The position numbers were made by a program, and so were the translations under genes. Positions 1 through 12,059 of a stretch of 64,000 nucleotides of DNA are shown here, piece by piece. Origin of the DNA: Hypanus sabinus (lineage: Eukaryota); NCBI RefSeq assembly GCF_030144855.1, contig NC_082729.1, positions 22,816,001 through 22,880,000 of the forward strand, given 5' to 3'. Under the pieces are notes generated by a model. That model was not told where the DNA came from. It did not search any database and saw nothing but the letters and a program-made list of their open reading frames with translations. Numbering within the stretch: the stretch's first letter is position 1; every line of letters begins with the position of its first letter.

Positions 1-73
1 TTGCTGCCACATGACTGGCTGGTCAGATGCTGGCATAGTAGAGCAGGGCCTAATGCAGTGGCCGCTGAATGTA
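1..73. mobile_element. End of a Tc1/mariner-type non-autonomous element (same family as 37041-37595)
   Basis: ttgctgccacatg...cctaatgcagtggccgctgaatgta resembles the right end of the element at 37.5 kb. Confidence 0.55.
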
Positions 74-150
74 TGTTATCAATTACCTTCAGTGGCTCAG
101 CTTCAAAGTTCAAAGTACGTTTAATATGAAAGTATGTATGTAGTACGCAG

Positions 151-828
151 TGTTACGTACCCCGTAACGGATTCAAAGAACCAGCAGAAACGGAACACAC
201 ATGGAGTCTGGTCCTTCAATTAACAAACGCTATTTTATTAGTAACTACGTAATAAGTTAATACAAAACCAGATAAATCAAACAGGTTAGCAGAGTTTATG
301 CTACATACGTGAGTGACTATAAAACCTCAAACTTCCTCAAGCTTAGCTGAGGTGATTCAGTTTTACAATGGTATATAAACGAAGTCAGTTCAATTTGTGA
401 TGTTGAGTTGAGTAGAATTGAGGAGAGAGAGCGAGGTGATATGTTATCTAAGTAAGCCGATGCCGTCGATCCTGTTGTCTTCCGACTGTGACCACACTAA
501 GGGTACCGCTTTCACGTGGTACAGCTATCAACTCGGGCAAGAGATAAACACACCGATAGCTTTCCACAGGTCACCCCTTTTTCCACACTGCGGGAGCCAC
601 TGATCGATTCTCCCGATCGATCCTCAAAACCCATCCTTTCATGGGCACCCAAAGCTCATCCAGTGTCTGTTTCCCTGTGTCTCTGTGTGTCTACCAGAAA
701 GCCAGCTGACCTTGTATATATATCCAAAGATGCTGAACACCAGCTGTCCAGTACATAGCTTCGCTCTTCCATCAGCATAGCGACTCACGAGCTGCTCGGT
801 GCCTCTCTCTATCTGAATCAGCGGCACG

Positions 829-896
<68 letters not shown>

Positions 897-939
897 AAAG
901 GCACAGTCCATAATGAATAAACCTTCGGATTTCGTCACA
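151..939 (-). mobile_element. Solo LTR (Gypsy-like), about 790 bp
   Basis: Termini TGTTACG...CGTCACA; imperfect 4-bp TSD gcag/acag; AATAAA on the - strand near 233-238; interrupts a non-LTR 3' tail (about 100-150 and 940-1130); internal (CT)n. Confidence 0.7.
831..892. repeat. (CT)n microsatellite
   Basis: Direct observation. Confidence 0.98.
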
Positions 940-1709
940 ACAGCTTTAAAAAATTGTTTCCCTTACAGACAATCCCGAAACAACGAAGAACCATGGGAGC
1001 ATCCCGTTCAAAGAAAATTATCAAACATCAATACAGCGCGCAAACAAAATCACGCATAAAGTAGCATTTTTTAAAAAAAGCACGAGCGAAACACAGAATA
1101 ATGTGAAACGAATTCAATGATAGTTGCTGGCCTAAAGTGTTCCCCTATCCTGACCCCACTCGGTCACGCCTCCTGTCCCATTTTGCTAAAGTAATTAAAG
1201 TTTTCCCGTCAGCTTGCTATGACCTTTCATATATTTTGACAGAAGTTTTCCCTGAATACATTTAACAAACTTAACAAATTATCACCATGGCAGTCCCAGA
1301 CTATATTAGGGAAGTAAAAACCTCCTACTCTGAATAAGAGCCAAAATTAGATTTATTATTCCCGACATTTGACCTGAAATTTTGCATTTTGCGGCGGGAG
1401 TACAGTGGATAGCCATCTCTAAAAATTGCTTCCGATCGAGATTGGTTCCAAGAGTAAGGGACTTGTAGTCGATCCAGGTCCCTTCCCAGCAGGCATTAAT
1501 TCCAGATATAACCATAGGAATATACGTACATGAGAAGTAGGAGTACGATTAACTCATCCAACACAGGCAGCCTCCTCCGGAATTCAATAAAATCATGGCT
1601 GACCTGGCCGTAGACTCAACACCATCATTCCACCTTTTCCTGACAATCCTTCAATCCTCTGCTATGCAAAACTCCAGCTGACTGTGTCTCAAATATATTC
1701 AAGAAAAGG

Positions 1710-1810
1710 AGGGGATCTCTCCCTGCACCGTCCCATGGCCCACTCATAGGCTCAGACACAGAGTGAATTTCGCGCTGCACCTTCGCATTACGCACTCTCA
1801 GGATCAGGCA
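1710..1810 (-). repeat. About 2 degenerate units of the 52-bp satellite
   Basis: ctccctgcaccgtcccat...tcagacacagagtgaa matches the reverse complement of the unit. Confidence 0.7.
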
Positions 1811-2061
1811 TTCGTTGTTGTGACATTCTATATCAGATTTGGTAACTCAGGTTGTGCAGTCTGGAAGGATGTGGATGCGTTGTAGGGGGTACAGACGAGG
1901 TCCACCAGAATGCTGCATCATTATTAGTTAAAAAGAGCGCTTTTTCCACACATGCAGAACGGCAGCCACCGTGGAAACGTCTTGCTGCAGAAAGTCCACG
2001 TCCGAATCCTGCGGGCATGCAGTTCGAATGATGCTCCGCGAGGAATTCGCTCAGGCACTCG

Positions 2062-2988
2062 TCACAGCGAATTTGTTCGGCTGGGAGGGTCGTTCCTCAT
2101 TTCCGGCTCCTCCTCCGAGAAGGCCAGACGGAGAGAGGAGGCGAGGGAACGTCTGAAGACCTGGCGGAAATCGCGGCCGGTGAAGACGTAGAGAAAGGGG
2201 TTGAGAGCGCTGCTGAAGCAAGCCACGGCGGTAGCTACGTCATTCCAGATCAGAAACGAATAATTAAAAAAGAGCATTGCGAAACTGCAACTGTGGAGCG
2301 GGAGCCAGGACGCGATAAAGGCGGCGACCACGGTCATCATAAGGCGGACGGGCTTCTTGGACTTGACGAATTTGTCCCGGTGCAGCCTCCAGCCAATAAA
2401 CGCACAGCAAGCCGTCATGATCAGGACGGGGAACACGAAGATAAAGACAGCCCAAATGACCCTCATCATTTCCCAGGTCTTTTGATCAAAATCTGGTTCA
2501 AGCTTGATGTACAGCAGGGCTGTCATGCACAGGAGTATGGAGAAGCCGCAGACCCCGAGGAAGGTCACATGTGCCCAACGCAGACTATTGTGTTGATGGA
2601 ACCAAAGTGGCCGAGTGACGGCCAAGCAACGGAAGATGCTGATCAGCGTCAACATGAAAACGCTGACGGACCCGCTGAAGATGATGGAACCGAGCGGCAA
2701 CATGTACAGAATGTCATTTCGGAGCCAGGTGCCTCGTTGTGCAACGTTGGCCATCCAGAAGGGGAGGGTGAGGCAGTAGGTTAGGTCTGCCACAGCCAGG
2801 TACAAGAAACTCATTATGTGGATGTTCCGCTCCATCTTAAAGCCCGTCACCCAAATGACAGCGCTGTTGCCGGGAACGCCGAGCAGGAAGGTGATGGCGT
2901 AAGGGATCATGGTCCATTTGGAGACCGTCTGGAGATCGGGGCCGTTCCAAGCTGTGGTAAGGTTAAACAAATCCTTCTGGATCGACAT
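2062..2988 (-). CDS. Chemoattractant-type class A GPCR (C3aR/C5aR/CMKLR1/FPR-like), 308 aa, single coding exon, atypical motifs
   Basis: 7 hydrophobic segments; LLGVPGN, LAVAD, TLPF, ISIFRC, SWLP, NPFLYVF.GRDFR; N-glycosylation site NLT. First ATG at 2988 follows a pyrimidine tract and ACCAG|GACGAAA; the ORF-track start at 3099 is an intronic TTG. Confidence 0.93.
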   Translation of the reverse strand: MSIQKDLFNLTTAWNGPDLQTVSKWTMIPYAITFLLGVPGNSAVIWVTGFKMERNIHIMSFLYLAVADLTYCLTLPFWMANVAQRGTWLRNDILYMLPLGSIIFSGSVSVFMLTLISIFRCLAVTRPLWFHQHNSLRWAHVTFLGVCGFSILLCMTALLYIKLEPDFDQKTWEMMRVIWAVFIFVFPVLIMTACCAFIGWRLHRDKFVKSKKPVRLMMTVVAAFIASWLPLHSCSFAMLFFNYSFLIWNDVATAVACFSSALNPFLYVFTGRDFRQVFRRSLASSLRLAFSEEEPEMRNDPPSRTNSL

Positions 2989-3189
2989 TTTCGTCCTGGT
3001 GGTGAGGCTGAGAGGGTTGGGGAATTTGCGGATGGGGAGCGTGAGGGAAGAAGGAAAGATGGATAGATAGAGAGAAGGAGTGGATGAGTAAGAGGACAAA
3101 ATATTCTACGATCTCTCCTCAGCCCCGTCTCCCTCACAGCGCGACGCTCCCACATCACATTCCCTCCTAACATCCCTCTCCATAACCAT

Positions 3190-3930
3190 TTGGGCCGAAT
3201 GGCAGGAGGACGTATTGATAAGTTTCCAGCCAGTAGAACATTTTGTGTTGTGGACCGTGAAAAAGGCTGTATCGAATCGAGCATGATGTCTATCTGGGTA
3301 CAGGTTTGAGCAGAGAAACGTCAGCTGGAATTTAACCCGGAGAAGTGTGAGATGTTGCACGTTACCAGGGCAAATGTAAGGGGAACGCATGCAGGAAATT
3401 GTAAAAACTGATTTAGAGAGGGATCTCGGGTTCGGTGCTCCAAGGTCCGTAAAAGTACATACACAACAGATAGCGTGGTGAAGATGGCATATGTTATTCT
3501 TAAATTTCCTAACTTAACGCCTCGGACATTGAGTCCAGCGGTCTTGTCACAACAGTATGATGCATACACAAGGCTTTATTTGGGGTATTGTTTGCAGTTC
3601 TGGTCTCCCCATTACAGGAGTGAATCCAAGCATTCCAGACGGTGCAGAAGACATTCACCATGATTTGTACAGGATCCGATTAAAGGATCAGTTGGATATA
3701 TTCGTCTGGTTTTCTCTGGAGCTTAAGGGGCTGAGGATGGAGGCTTATTAAACGATGAGATGCACAAATAGGGAATGCAGAGAGTGACTTCGCCCAGCGC
3801 AGAATTTTGAAGGATGTCAATTGAAATTGTGCGGGGTAATGTTTATAGTAACTGTGCGGTGTAACGTTTAACATAAAAGCGGTGTGTACCTGGAACGGAC
3901 TGTTAGGGGAGGCGGTGGACGTAGCAGGTA
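3190..3930 (+). mobile_element. Decayed CR1 LINE 3' fragment inside the gene-1 intron
   Basis: ggaatttaacccggagaagtgtgag (FNPEKCE) and YCLQFWSPHYR motifs. Confidence 0.8.
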
Positions 3931-4217
3931 GGTTAGAATAAAATCAGACTCTCCAATTTGCAGACGGCCACAGCAGATGGCCGGTAAATCAATTTTGTCT
4001 TATCTGCAGAGGCAGCCTGGAGAGCAGAGAGATTCTTCATTTGCCTGAGTAAACCACCTTTAGTTCAAAGATCCCGTGCGCCCCTTTCCGACCCGTTCCC
4101 CAGTCTGTCACTCTATCTTCTACTGTGTCTTTTGTCCATGGTGCCCCATTCATGGCATTCTCCCCAGGACCCCTCCTCCTCACCTTTCACCCTGCTTTCC
4201 GTCGAGCTGCAGCTCAC

Positions 4218-4477
4218 CTTCCCCGGGGAGTCTCAGCCTCGATTAGCCACCGTGAACAGCTCGGACGGTCTGACTCAAATCTTAGACCACCAGAACTCGG
4301 CTTGAAGAGGAAATACACAGTGACGAACGCTGGGACAGTCCGCGGCTCCAGGTAGATCGTGAAACGGCGAAGTGTGCTGGAATTAAAGTCAGAAGCACTG
4401 AGTGGTGACTGACTTTCGTAAGTGGCTGAGATGTCGATCACGTAGGAATTCACAGATCATAGGAATGAAGACCAGTC
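4218..4477 (-). other. Predicted non-coding exon 1 of GPCR gene 1 (donor GT at 4217; intron 4217-2996)
   Basis: GGGGAAG|GTGAGCTG donor and about 50 nt of upstream sequence shared with the copies ending at 38213 and 53402; 5' end approximate. Confidence 0.75.
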
Positions 4478-4545
4478 TGCTCAATTTGAGGAAGTCAATT
4501 GAGCAAAAAGTTAGCAATAACCACAATTAATAAGGAACCTGCGAA
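4478..4545 (-). promoter_or_regulatory. Predicted myeloid-type promoter of gene 1 (PU.1/ETS, C/EBP-like and RUNX motifs)
   Basis: GAGGAAGT 4488-4495, ATTGAGCAA 4498-4506, AACCACA 4519-4525; the block acttcctcaaattgagc is homologous to the other promoter copies. Confidence 0.65.
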
Positions 4546-4556
4546 GTTTCTTTTAT

Positions 4557-7500
4557 TCATGTCCCTGACAACGACACCTGTAAGAAGTGCATCCAGCTGC
4601 AGCTTCTAACAAACCGCGTTCGGGAACTGGAGCAGGAGCTGGATGACCTCCGGATCATTCGGGAGAATGAGGTGTTTATAGATAGTAGTTACAGGGAGGC
4701 AGTTACCCCAAAGGAGCAGCACACAGATAATTGGGTTGCTGTCAGGCGAGGGAAGGGGAAAGGGCAGGCAGAGCAGGGTTCCCCTGTGGCCATTCTCCTC
4801 AACAACAGGTATATCGATTTGGATACTGTTGGGGGTGGGGGATGGCTTACCTGGGACAAGCTGCGGAAGCCGGATCTCTGGCACTGAGTCTGGTTCTGCA
4901 GTGCAGAAGGGCGGGGGAAGAAGATAAGAGTGGTCGTGTTAGAGGTACAGACAGGACGTTCTGTGGTTGCGACCGAGATTCCCGGAAGGTTTGTTGGCTC
5001 CCGGGTGCCAGGGTCAGGGATGTCTCTGATCGCGTGCACAGCATTCTGAAATGGGAGGGTGATCAGCCAGATGTCATGGTCCACATCGGTACCAATGATG
5101 TAGGAAGAAAGAGTGAGGAGATCCTGAAGAGCGAGTATAGAGAGCTTGGTAGGAAGTTAAAAAGCTGTACCTCAAGGGTGGTAATCTCAGGATTTCTACT
5201 TGTGCCACGTGCCAGTGAGGCTAAGAACAGAATGCGCTGGGGTGAACATGTGGCTGAGGAACTGGTGTAGGGGGCAGGGTTTCAGATTTCAGGATCATTG
5301 GGACCTTTCTGGGGCAGGAGGGACCAGTACAAGAGACACGAGTTATACCTGAACTACAGGGGGACCAATATCCTTGCAGGGAGGTTTGTTCGGGCTATTG
5401 GGGGAGGGGGATTTACAGGGAGATCGGAACCAGAGTGCCAGAGTAGATAGCGGAGCGGGGCTCTAAATAAATGACGTTAAAGTTTCATGCAAAGCCACAA
5501 ATACAAGAGTTGTGTGTGGTGGTATTAATCTTCTGAGGTACGTCTATTTCAATGCGAGGAGTATTGTAGGGAAGGTTGACGAGCTGAGGGCGTGGATTGA
5601 CAGGTGGAATTATGACATTGTAGCCATCAGTGAAACTTGGCTTCGGGAGGGGCAGGACTGGCAGCTTAATGTCCCAGGGTTCCGATGTTTCAGACGTGAT
5701 AGAGGCAGAGGAATGAAGGGTGGGGGTGGCATTGCTAGTCAGGGAAAATGTTACAGCAGTGCTCAGGCAGGACAGATTAGAGGGCTTGTCTACCGAGGCC
5801 ATATGGGTGGAGCTGAAAAACAGGAAAGGTATGACCACGATAATGGATTTGTATTATAGACCACCCAACAGTCAGCGAGAATTGGAGGAGCACATCTGAA
5901 GACAGATAGCAGACAACTGCAAGAAACATAAAGTTTTGTTAATAGGGGATTTTAATTTTCCACATACTGATTGGGACTCCGATACTTTTAAAGGTCTAGA
6001 CGGGTTAGAGTTTGTAAAATGTGTTCAGGAAGGTTTTTGAAATCATTATACAGAGGTACCAACTAGAGAGGATGCAATATTAGATCTCCTATTAGGAAAC
6101 GAGTTAGGACAGGTGATGGAAGTGTGTACAGAGGAACATTTTGGTTCCAGTGATCATAAGACTATTAGTTTCAACTTGATCATGGGTAAAGATAGATCTG
6201 GTCCTCGGGTTGAGGTTCTAAACTGGAAAAAGACCAGATTTGAAGAAATGAGAAAGGACTTAAAAGGCATGGATTGGGGCAGGTTGTTCTCTGGCAAGGA
6301 TGTCGTTGGTAAGTGGAAGGCCTTCAATGGAGAAATTTTGAGAGTGCAGAGTTTGTATGTTCCTGTCAGGATTAAAGGCAAAGTGAATAAGAACAAGGAA
6401 TCTTGTTTCTCGAGGGATATTGGAACGCTGATAAAGAAGAAGAGAGAGATGTATGACATGTATAGAAAACAGGGAGCAAATGAGGTACTTGAGGAGTACA
6501 AAATGTGCAAATTATCAGATAGTTTTACCATAGAGAAAGGCACGAGACAGGGTTGTACATGGTCACCGCTACTCCTTGCATTATATCTGGAACCATTAGC
6601 TCATTACATCAGACAAAATGAAGATATCAGGGGAATTACTATTAAAGGGACAGAGCATAAATTGGCTTGTTACGTGGATGGCATTTTGATCTATTGAGGG
6701 CAGCCAACATACCCTTTACCTAAATTGATACAATCCTTTGAGCAATATGGTCAGTTATCAGGATACAAGATCAACACCGATAAAATCCAATTACTTTCAT
6801 ATAACTTTTGCCCACCAAGAGAAATTGAAAGTAGATATCCCTGCGCATGGCAAATAGAGTCTTTCAAATATTTGGGCATTATTATGCCAAAAGATTTGGC
6901 AAGATTATCAGAATGCAATTATCAGCCTTTATATAAAAATTAAGGAAGATATGTCAAGACGGAACCTGATTCTGTTTTGTAGTCTCTGTTCAAGGTCTAT
7001 TAAAATGAATATACTGCCCAGACTGTTATATCTCTTTCAGACCCTACCAATAGAGATTAATCAACATCAATCCAATGAATGGAACAAGATGTTATCAAGG
7101 TATATTTGGGATGGTAAAAGGCCTAGAGTTTGTCTCAAAACTTTGCAATTAGCAAAGGAAACGGGGGGATGGGGCCTACCTTGTCTGAGAGGTTATTATT
7201 TTCCAGTCCACAGACATGGAAGGAGTTTGGATGCAAAAACGTGATAAGATATTTTATTACACACTGTCAGAAATCCCAATATGATAGCAACTTCCTTGTT
7301 TGCTGCAGAAATTGTGGAAATCAAAATCCAAATAATTATCATATTTTTTGGGACTGCCCTGTTATCAAAGACTATTGGAGGGGGATACACAATGCCTTAC
7401 AAGATATATTTAAATGTGAAATACCCTTAGAGAGTAAGACCATATATTTTGGATATATATCTCAAGAATGTTTGAAAAGAGATAAATATTTAATGAATTT

Positions 7501-9830
7501 ACTGTTGGTTGCTGGTAAAAAGACTCTTACTAGGAAATGGTTATCACAGGAGAGCCCAACTTTAAATGCATGGATGGCAATTACAATGGGCATTTACAAA
7601 ATGTAGAAGATAACAGCATCTGTTAATCATAAGCTGGAGCAATTTGATTCATACTGGGAAAAATGTTTTAACTACATAATGCCTCATAGGCCTGATTTTA
7701 TTCTCACAAATCAATGAATATGTTGTAAAAAAAAAAGCTCACTCACTACTTGAACATAGCTTTTTCCTTTTGATTCTTTTTTCTTTCCACTCTTTTCTTT
7801 AAGTGTATACCTCAGATAAATACTATGTGGAGATTTGTGATATATATGATTATATGATGTATATGTACAATGTCTGAAATACATCTTATGGAAATGTTTG
7901 TTTGATGATGAACTCCAATAAAAAATGAATTACAAAAAAAGAATGAAATCAGGGGGTCTAAAAAGAAGACATGAGGTAGCCTTGGCAGTCAACCTGAAGG
8001 ACAGGTATATTAATAGCAAAAGGATAGTAAGGGATAAAATCGATACTCTTGAAGATCAAAATGGTCGGCTATGTATGGAACCAAAAGAAATGGGGGAGAT
8101 CTTAAATGCTTTTGTTTGTTTTGTTTTTTTTTGCCTCTATATTTACTAGGAAAACTGACAGGCAGTCAATGGAAATAAGGCAAACAGGTAGTGAGGTCAT
8201 GGAACCTATACAGATTGAAGAGGAGGAGGTGCTTGCTGCCTTAAGGCAAATCAGAGCAGATAAATCCCCAGGACCTGACAGGGTACTCCTTCGGACCTTG
8301 AATGAGACTAATGTTGAAATTGCAGGGGCCCTGGCAGATATATTGAAAATGTCTGTATCTGCCGGCGAGGTGCTGGAGGATTGGAGGACAGCTCATGTTG
8401 TTCTGTTATTTATAAGGAGGCTCTAAAAGAAATCCAGGAAATTATAGGCCGGCAAGTTTGACGTCGGTAGTGGGTAAATTATTGGAAGGAGCACTAAGAG
8501 ATAGGATCTGCAAATATTTAGATAGACAGGGACTTTATGAGGGACAGTCAACACGGCTTTGACCTTGGTAGGTCATGTTTAACTAATCTATCAGTGTTTT
8601 TCGAGGAGGTTACAAGGAAAGTGGATGAAGGGAAGGCAGGAGGTGTTGTCTACATGGACTTCAGTAAGGCCCTTTGACAAGGTCCCGCATGGGAGATTAG
8701 TTAGGAAGATTCGGCTGCTAGGTATACATGGTGAGGTAGTAAATTACATTAGACATTGGCTCAATGGGAGAAACCAGAGAGTGGTAGTGCAGCATTGCTT
8801 CTCTGAGAGGAGGCCTGTGTCTAGTGGCGTGCCACAGGGATCAGTGTTAGGTCCATTGTTATTTGTCATCTATATCAATGATCTGGATGATCTTGTGGTA
8901 AATTGGATCTGCAAATTTGCTGACGATATAAAGATTGGAGGTATAGTGGGCAGTGAGGAAGGTTTTCAAAGCTTGCAGACGAATCTGGGCAGGTTGGAAA
9001 AATGGGCTGAAAATTGCAGATGGAGTTTAATACAGACAAGTGTGAGGTATTGCACTTTGGAAGGTAAAAAGCAAAGTAGAACATATAAGGTAAATGGTAG
9101 GGCACTGAGGAGTGCGGTAGAACAGAGGGATCTGGGAATACAGAAACAAAATTCCCTAAAAGTGGCGTCACAGGTAGATAGGGTAGTAAAGAGAGCTTTG
9201 GTACATTGGCCTTTATAAATCAAAGTATTGATTGTAAGAGTTGGAATGTTATGGTGAGGTTGTATAAGGCATTGGTGAGGCCGAATTTGGAGTATCGTGT
9301 GCAGTTTTGGTCACCGAATTACTGGAAGGGTATTAATAAAGTTGAAAGAGTGCAGAGAAGGTTGACAAGGATGTTTCTGGGACTTGAGAAACTGAGTTAC
9401 AGAGAAAGGTTGAATAGGTTAGGTCTTTATTCCCTGGAGCATAGAAGAATGAGGGGAGACTTGATAGAGGTATATAAAATTATGATGGGTATAGATAAAG
9501 TAAATGAAAGCAGGCTTTTTCCACTGAGGTCAAGGGAGAAATAAACCAGAGAACATGGGTTAAGGGTGAAGGGGGAAAAGAAAGGGCACATGGGGGGGGG
9601 GTCTTCTTCACACAGAGAATGGTGGGAGTGTGGAATGAGCTGCCAGACGAAATGGTAAATGCGGTCTCACTTTTAATATTTAAGGAAAGCTTAGACAGGG
9701 TCATGGATGAGAGGTGTATGGAGGGATATGGGCCAGAGGCAGGTCAGTGGGACGAGGCAGAAAAATGGTTCGGTGCAGCCAAGAAGGGCCAAAAGGCCTG
9801 TTTCTGTGCTGTCATGTTCTATGGTTCTAT
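4557..9830 (+). mobile_element. Near full-length decayed CR1 LINE (ORF1 Zn-finger/zipper/SGNH esterase; ORF2 APE and RT), interrupted by L1
   Basis: CKKCIQLQLL..RVRELE, LPGARVRDV, HIGTND, YFNARSI, ISETWL, GVPQGSVLGP, KFADD; tail ttctatggttctatg; many stops and frameshifts. Confidence 0.93.
6511..7940 (+). mobile_element. 5'-truncated, internally deleted L1/Tx1-clade LINE nested in the CR1
   Basis: [46 protein letters not shown]-terminal CRNCG...HIFWDCP knuckle; AATAAA and A-rich tail at 7917-7940; CR1 ORF2 resumes afterwards. Confidence 0.9.
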
Positions 9831-9844
9831 GAGAATGACCTTCT

Positions 9845-10705
9845 GTGTCTAAACATGTCCGTGTGTGCAGTGGACAATTTAGAGAGCTTCACTCTGCGTC
9901 AGACCCCGGGATTCTGCAATGGGGCTGTGTAAAGCAAGATGCAATCTGCGGTTAAACCTGGGCGGGTCTGATGGTAAGCTTTCCAGCAAGGCTCACTCTG
10001 TGTCTGACACCGGGAGTTTGTAATGGGACAATATAGAATGAGGTTCAGTCCGTGCCTGACTCTAGGAGTGATCGATAGGACGGAGTACAGGGAGCTTCAT
10101 TGTGCGACTGACACTGGGAAAGAACATCGGGGCAGTGTGAAGCTCTCTCTCTGCGTCTTGTTACGCCAGATGCAACGGCGTAGAGGGGGCTTCACAGTGT
10201 CTGGCCCCGGGAATCGTGGGATGAGGCGTTGCCGTGGAAGCTTCACTCTTGGTCTAACCCAGGGAACGTGTAATGGGACAATGTAATGGCAGAAGCTTCC
10301 TGGAAGTGTGCAATGGGACGGTGTAGAGGGNNNNNNNNNNNNNNNNNNNNNNNNNNNNNNNNNNNNNNNNNNNNNNNNNNNNNNNNNNNNNNNNNNNNNN
10401 NNNNNNNNNNNNNNNNNNNNNNNNNNNNNNNNNNNNNNNNNNNNNNNNNNNNNNNNNNNNNNNNNNNNNNNNNNNNNNNNNNNNNNNNNNNNNNNNNNNN
10501 NNNNNNNNNNNNNNNNAGAGAGCTGGGACAGTTAGGGAGGCAATTTTGCTCTGTGTCTGACTCTTATAGTGTGTGAGGGACAGGGTGGACGGAGCTACAC
10601 TCTGAGTCTGTCCCCTGCAGTGTCCGATGGACAGTGTGGGAGTAGCTTCACTCTGTGTCTGACCCTTACAGTATGTGATGGACAGTGAGGAGGGAGCTCC
10701 ATCCT
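9845..10705 (+). repeat. 52-bp satellite array (spans gap 10331-10516)
   Basis: Approximate unit gggagtgtgtgatgggacggtgtggagggagcttcactctgtgtctgacccc. Confidence 0.9.
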
Positions 10706-10949
10706 GTTCTAAACTCGTGCACTTATTTTCCTTCAAATGAACGTTCTGTGGCAAGTTGAATTTCTAAAACATTACACCACTGAAATTTGTTTTACATCGA
10801 TCAAGATACAATTTGCCCAAGATTAGATTCAGAATTTGTTTGCTTATAGGGATAAGAAGGTGAGGGCAAAGGCCATGCACAGCATAGCAAGTCTACAACT
10901 TACTAAACCTAACTCGCACATTTTGCAATCTGTGCTAAAACTGAAGCAT

Positions 10950-11230
10950 TCGCTCCTGGAATAAGTTGTGACCGGCGAAGACGTAGAAAAGAGGTTTGAT
11001 GACACTTTTGAAGCAGGCCACGCAGATGGTGACGTACTGCACGCCCAGTGGGTGCAATGGGTTTAAGGCCCAGACTAGGCCACAAAGAGTTTTGAAAACC
11101 CAGAAGACGTCAATGCTCAGTTTGTGGAGGTTGGTCAACAACACAAGGAGATAACATCTAACTCAGACAGCAAGGAACAGCAACCTGCTTCCTTTATTTT
11201 TGAGACGTGACAAAGGTAATAAGGGCCCTG
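10950..11230 (-). pseudogene. Internally deleted GPCR paralog 1: promoter remnant fused to TM6-TM7
   Basis: IDVFWVFKTLCGLVWA...VACFKSVIKPLFYVFAGHN starts at 11114; 11115-11230 aligns to the gene-2 promoter. Confidence 0.8.
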
Positions 11231-11239
11231 TGAGACAGT

Positions 11240-11510
11240 TATGGGTCAGCGGACAGGATGTTTCGTGCAGTGTCAAACCACGCGAGTGTGTGTTGGGATG
11301 CTGGGTATTTGCGCTCTGCGTCTGAACCTGGCAGTGTGGGATTGGATAGTTTAGAGGGAGATGCGCTCCATGCTTCGCCCTAGGAGAGTCTGATCTGATG
11401 GTTTAGAACGTGTTTCACTCTACACCAGACACCAAGGGGCGAAGAGCGATCTTCAAGAAGGGCCTGATCCCTGTAATATGTGAAAGGACGGTGCAGTAGT
11501 AGCTTCGCTC
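11240..11510 (+). repeat. Degenerate 52-bp satellite array
   Basis: Repeated gagtgtgtgttgggatg / ttcactct / tctgaacc motifs. Confidence 0.75.
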
Positions 11511-11531
11511 ACTCGTCGAAAGATAATTTGT

Positions 11532-11534
<3 letters not shown>

Positions 11535-11617
<83 letters not shown>
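11535..11617. repeat. (CT)n microsatellite
   Basis: Direct observation. Confidence 0.98.
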
Positions 11618-11619
<2 letters not shown>

Positions 11620-11620
<1 letters not shown>

Positions 11621-12040
11621 ACGAATCAGACTCGCTTCAGATTGCTAGTTAGAAACTGTGTGCTGTCGGAATCCCTTCTGGCTGTGGCAAGAGCGATACC
11701 CCTCTCTCCCCCCTTAGTGACAGAGCGGGCCTGCCTGAGTTGTCGAAGTGCTGAGGTGGACTGTATGCACTGGATCATGATCTTTGAGGCTCTCTATTGC
11801 GTTGCATGTGGGAGGTGGGGGATGATGTCCTGGAGCAAATGCGGGGAAGGTTGAAGATTTTGCTGCTGCCTGTGCCGGGAAGGGTGTGGGTGGCTCTCTG
11901 GTTTTCGGACATCTTTCTGTCATTTATTCTTTGGAATATATCTCTCTTCTTCGTGGTTGACTGCGAAGAATCACGATTTCAGGTTGTATTCTGTCTACAT
12001 TTTTTACCATTCAATTGAACCATTGAACCACTGACCATTA
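11620..12040 (+). mobile_element. Non-autonomous non-LTR element 3' end with (ccattga)n tail
   Basis: Tail resembles 25.55-25.94 kb and the host of the first LTR. Confidence 0.5.
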
Positions 12041-12059
12041 AGCTTATTGCTTGAGGTAT

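Noticed and set aside
2062-2988. Assigning the symbol C3AR1, C5AR1 or CMKLR1
   Set aside because: Diagnostic features are missing and orthology cannot be established without a phylogeny
2989-3099. 37-aa N-terminal extension of gene 1 in the ORF track (and 27 aa for gene 2, 43069-43149)
   Set aside because: Non-ATG starts inside the intronic pyrimidine tract upstream of the splice acceptor
6113-6697. 194-aa ORF as a novel gene
   Set aside because: Chance in-frame CR1/L1 junction; the RT motif is degraded (YVDG) and followed by a stop
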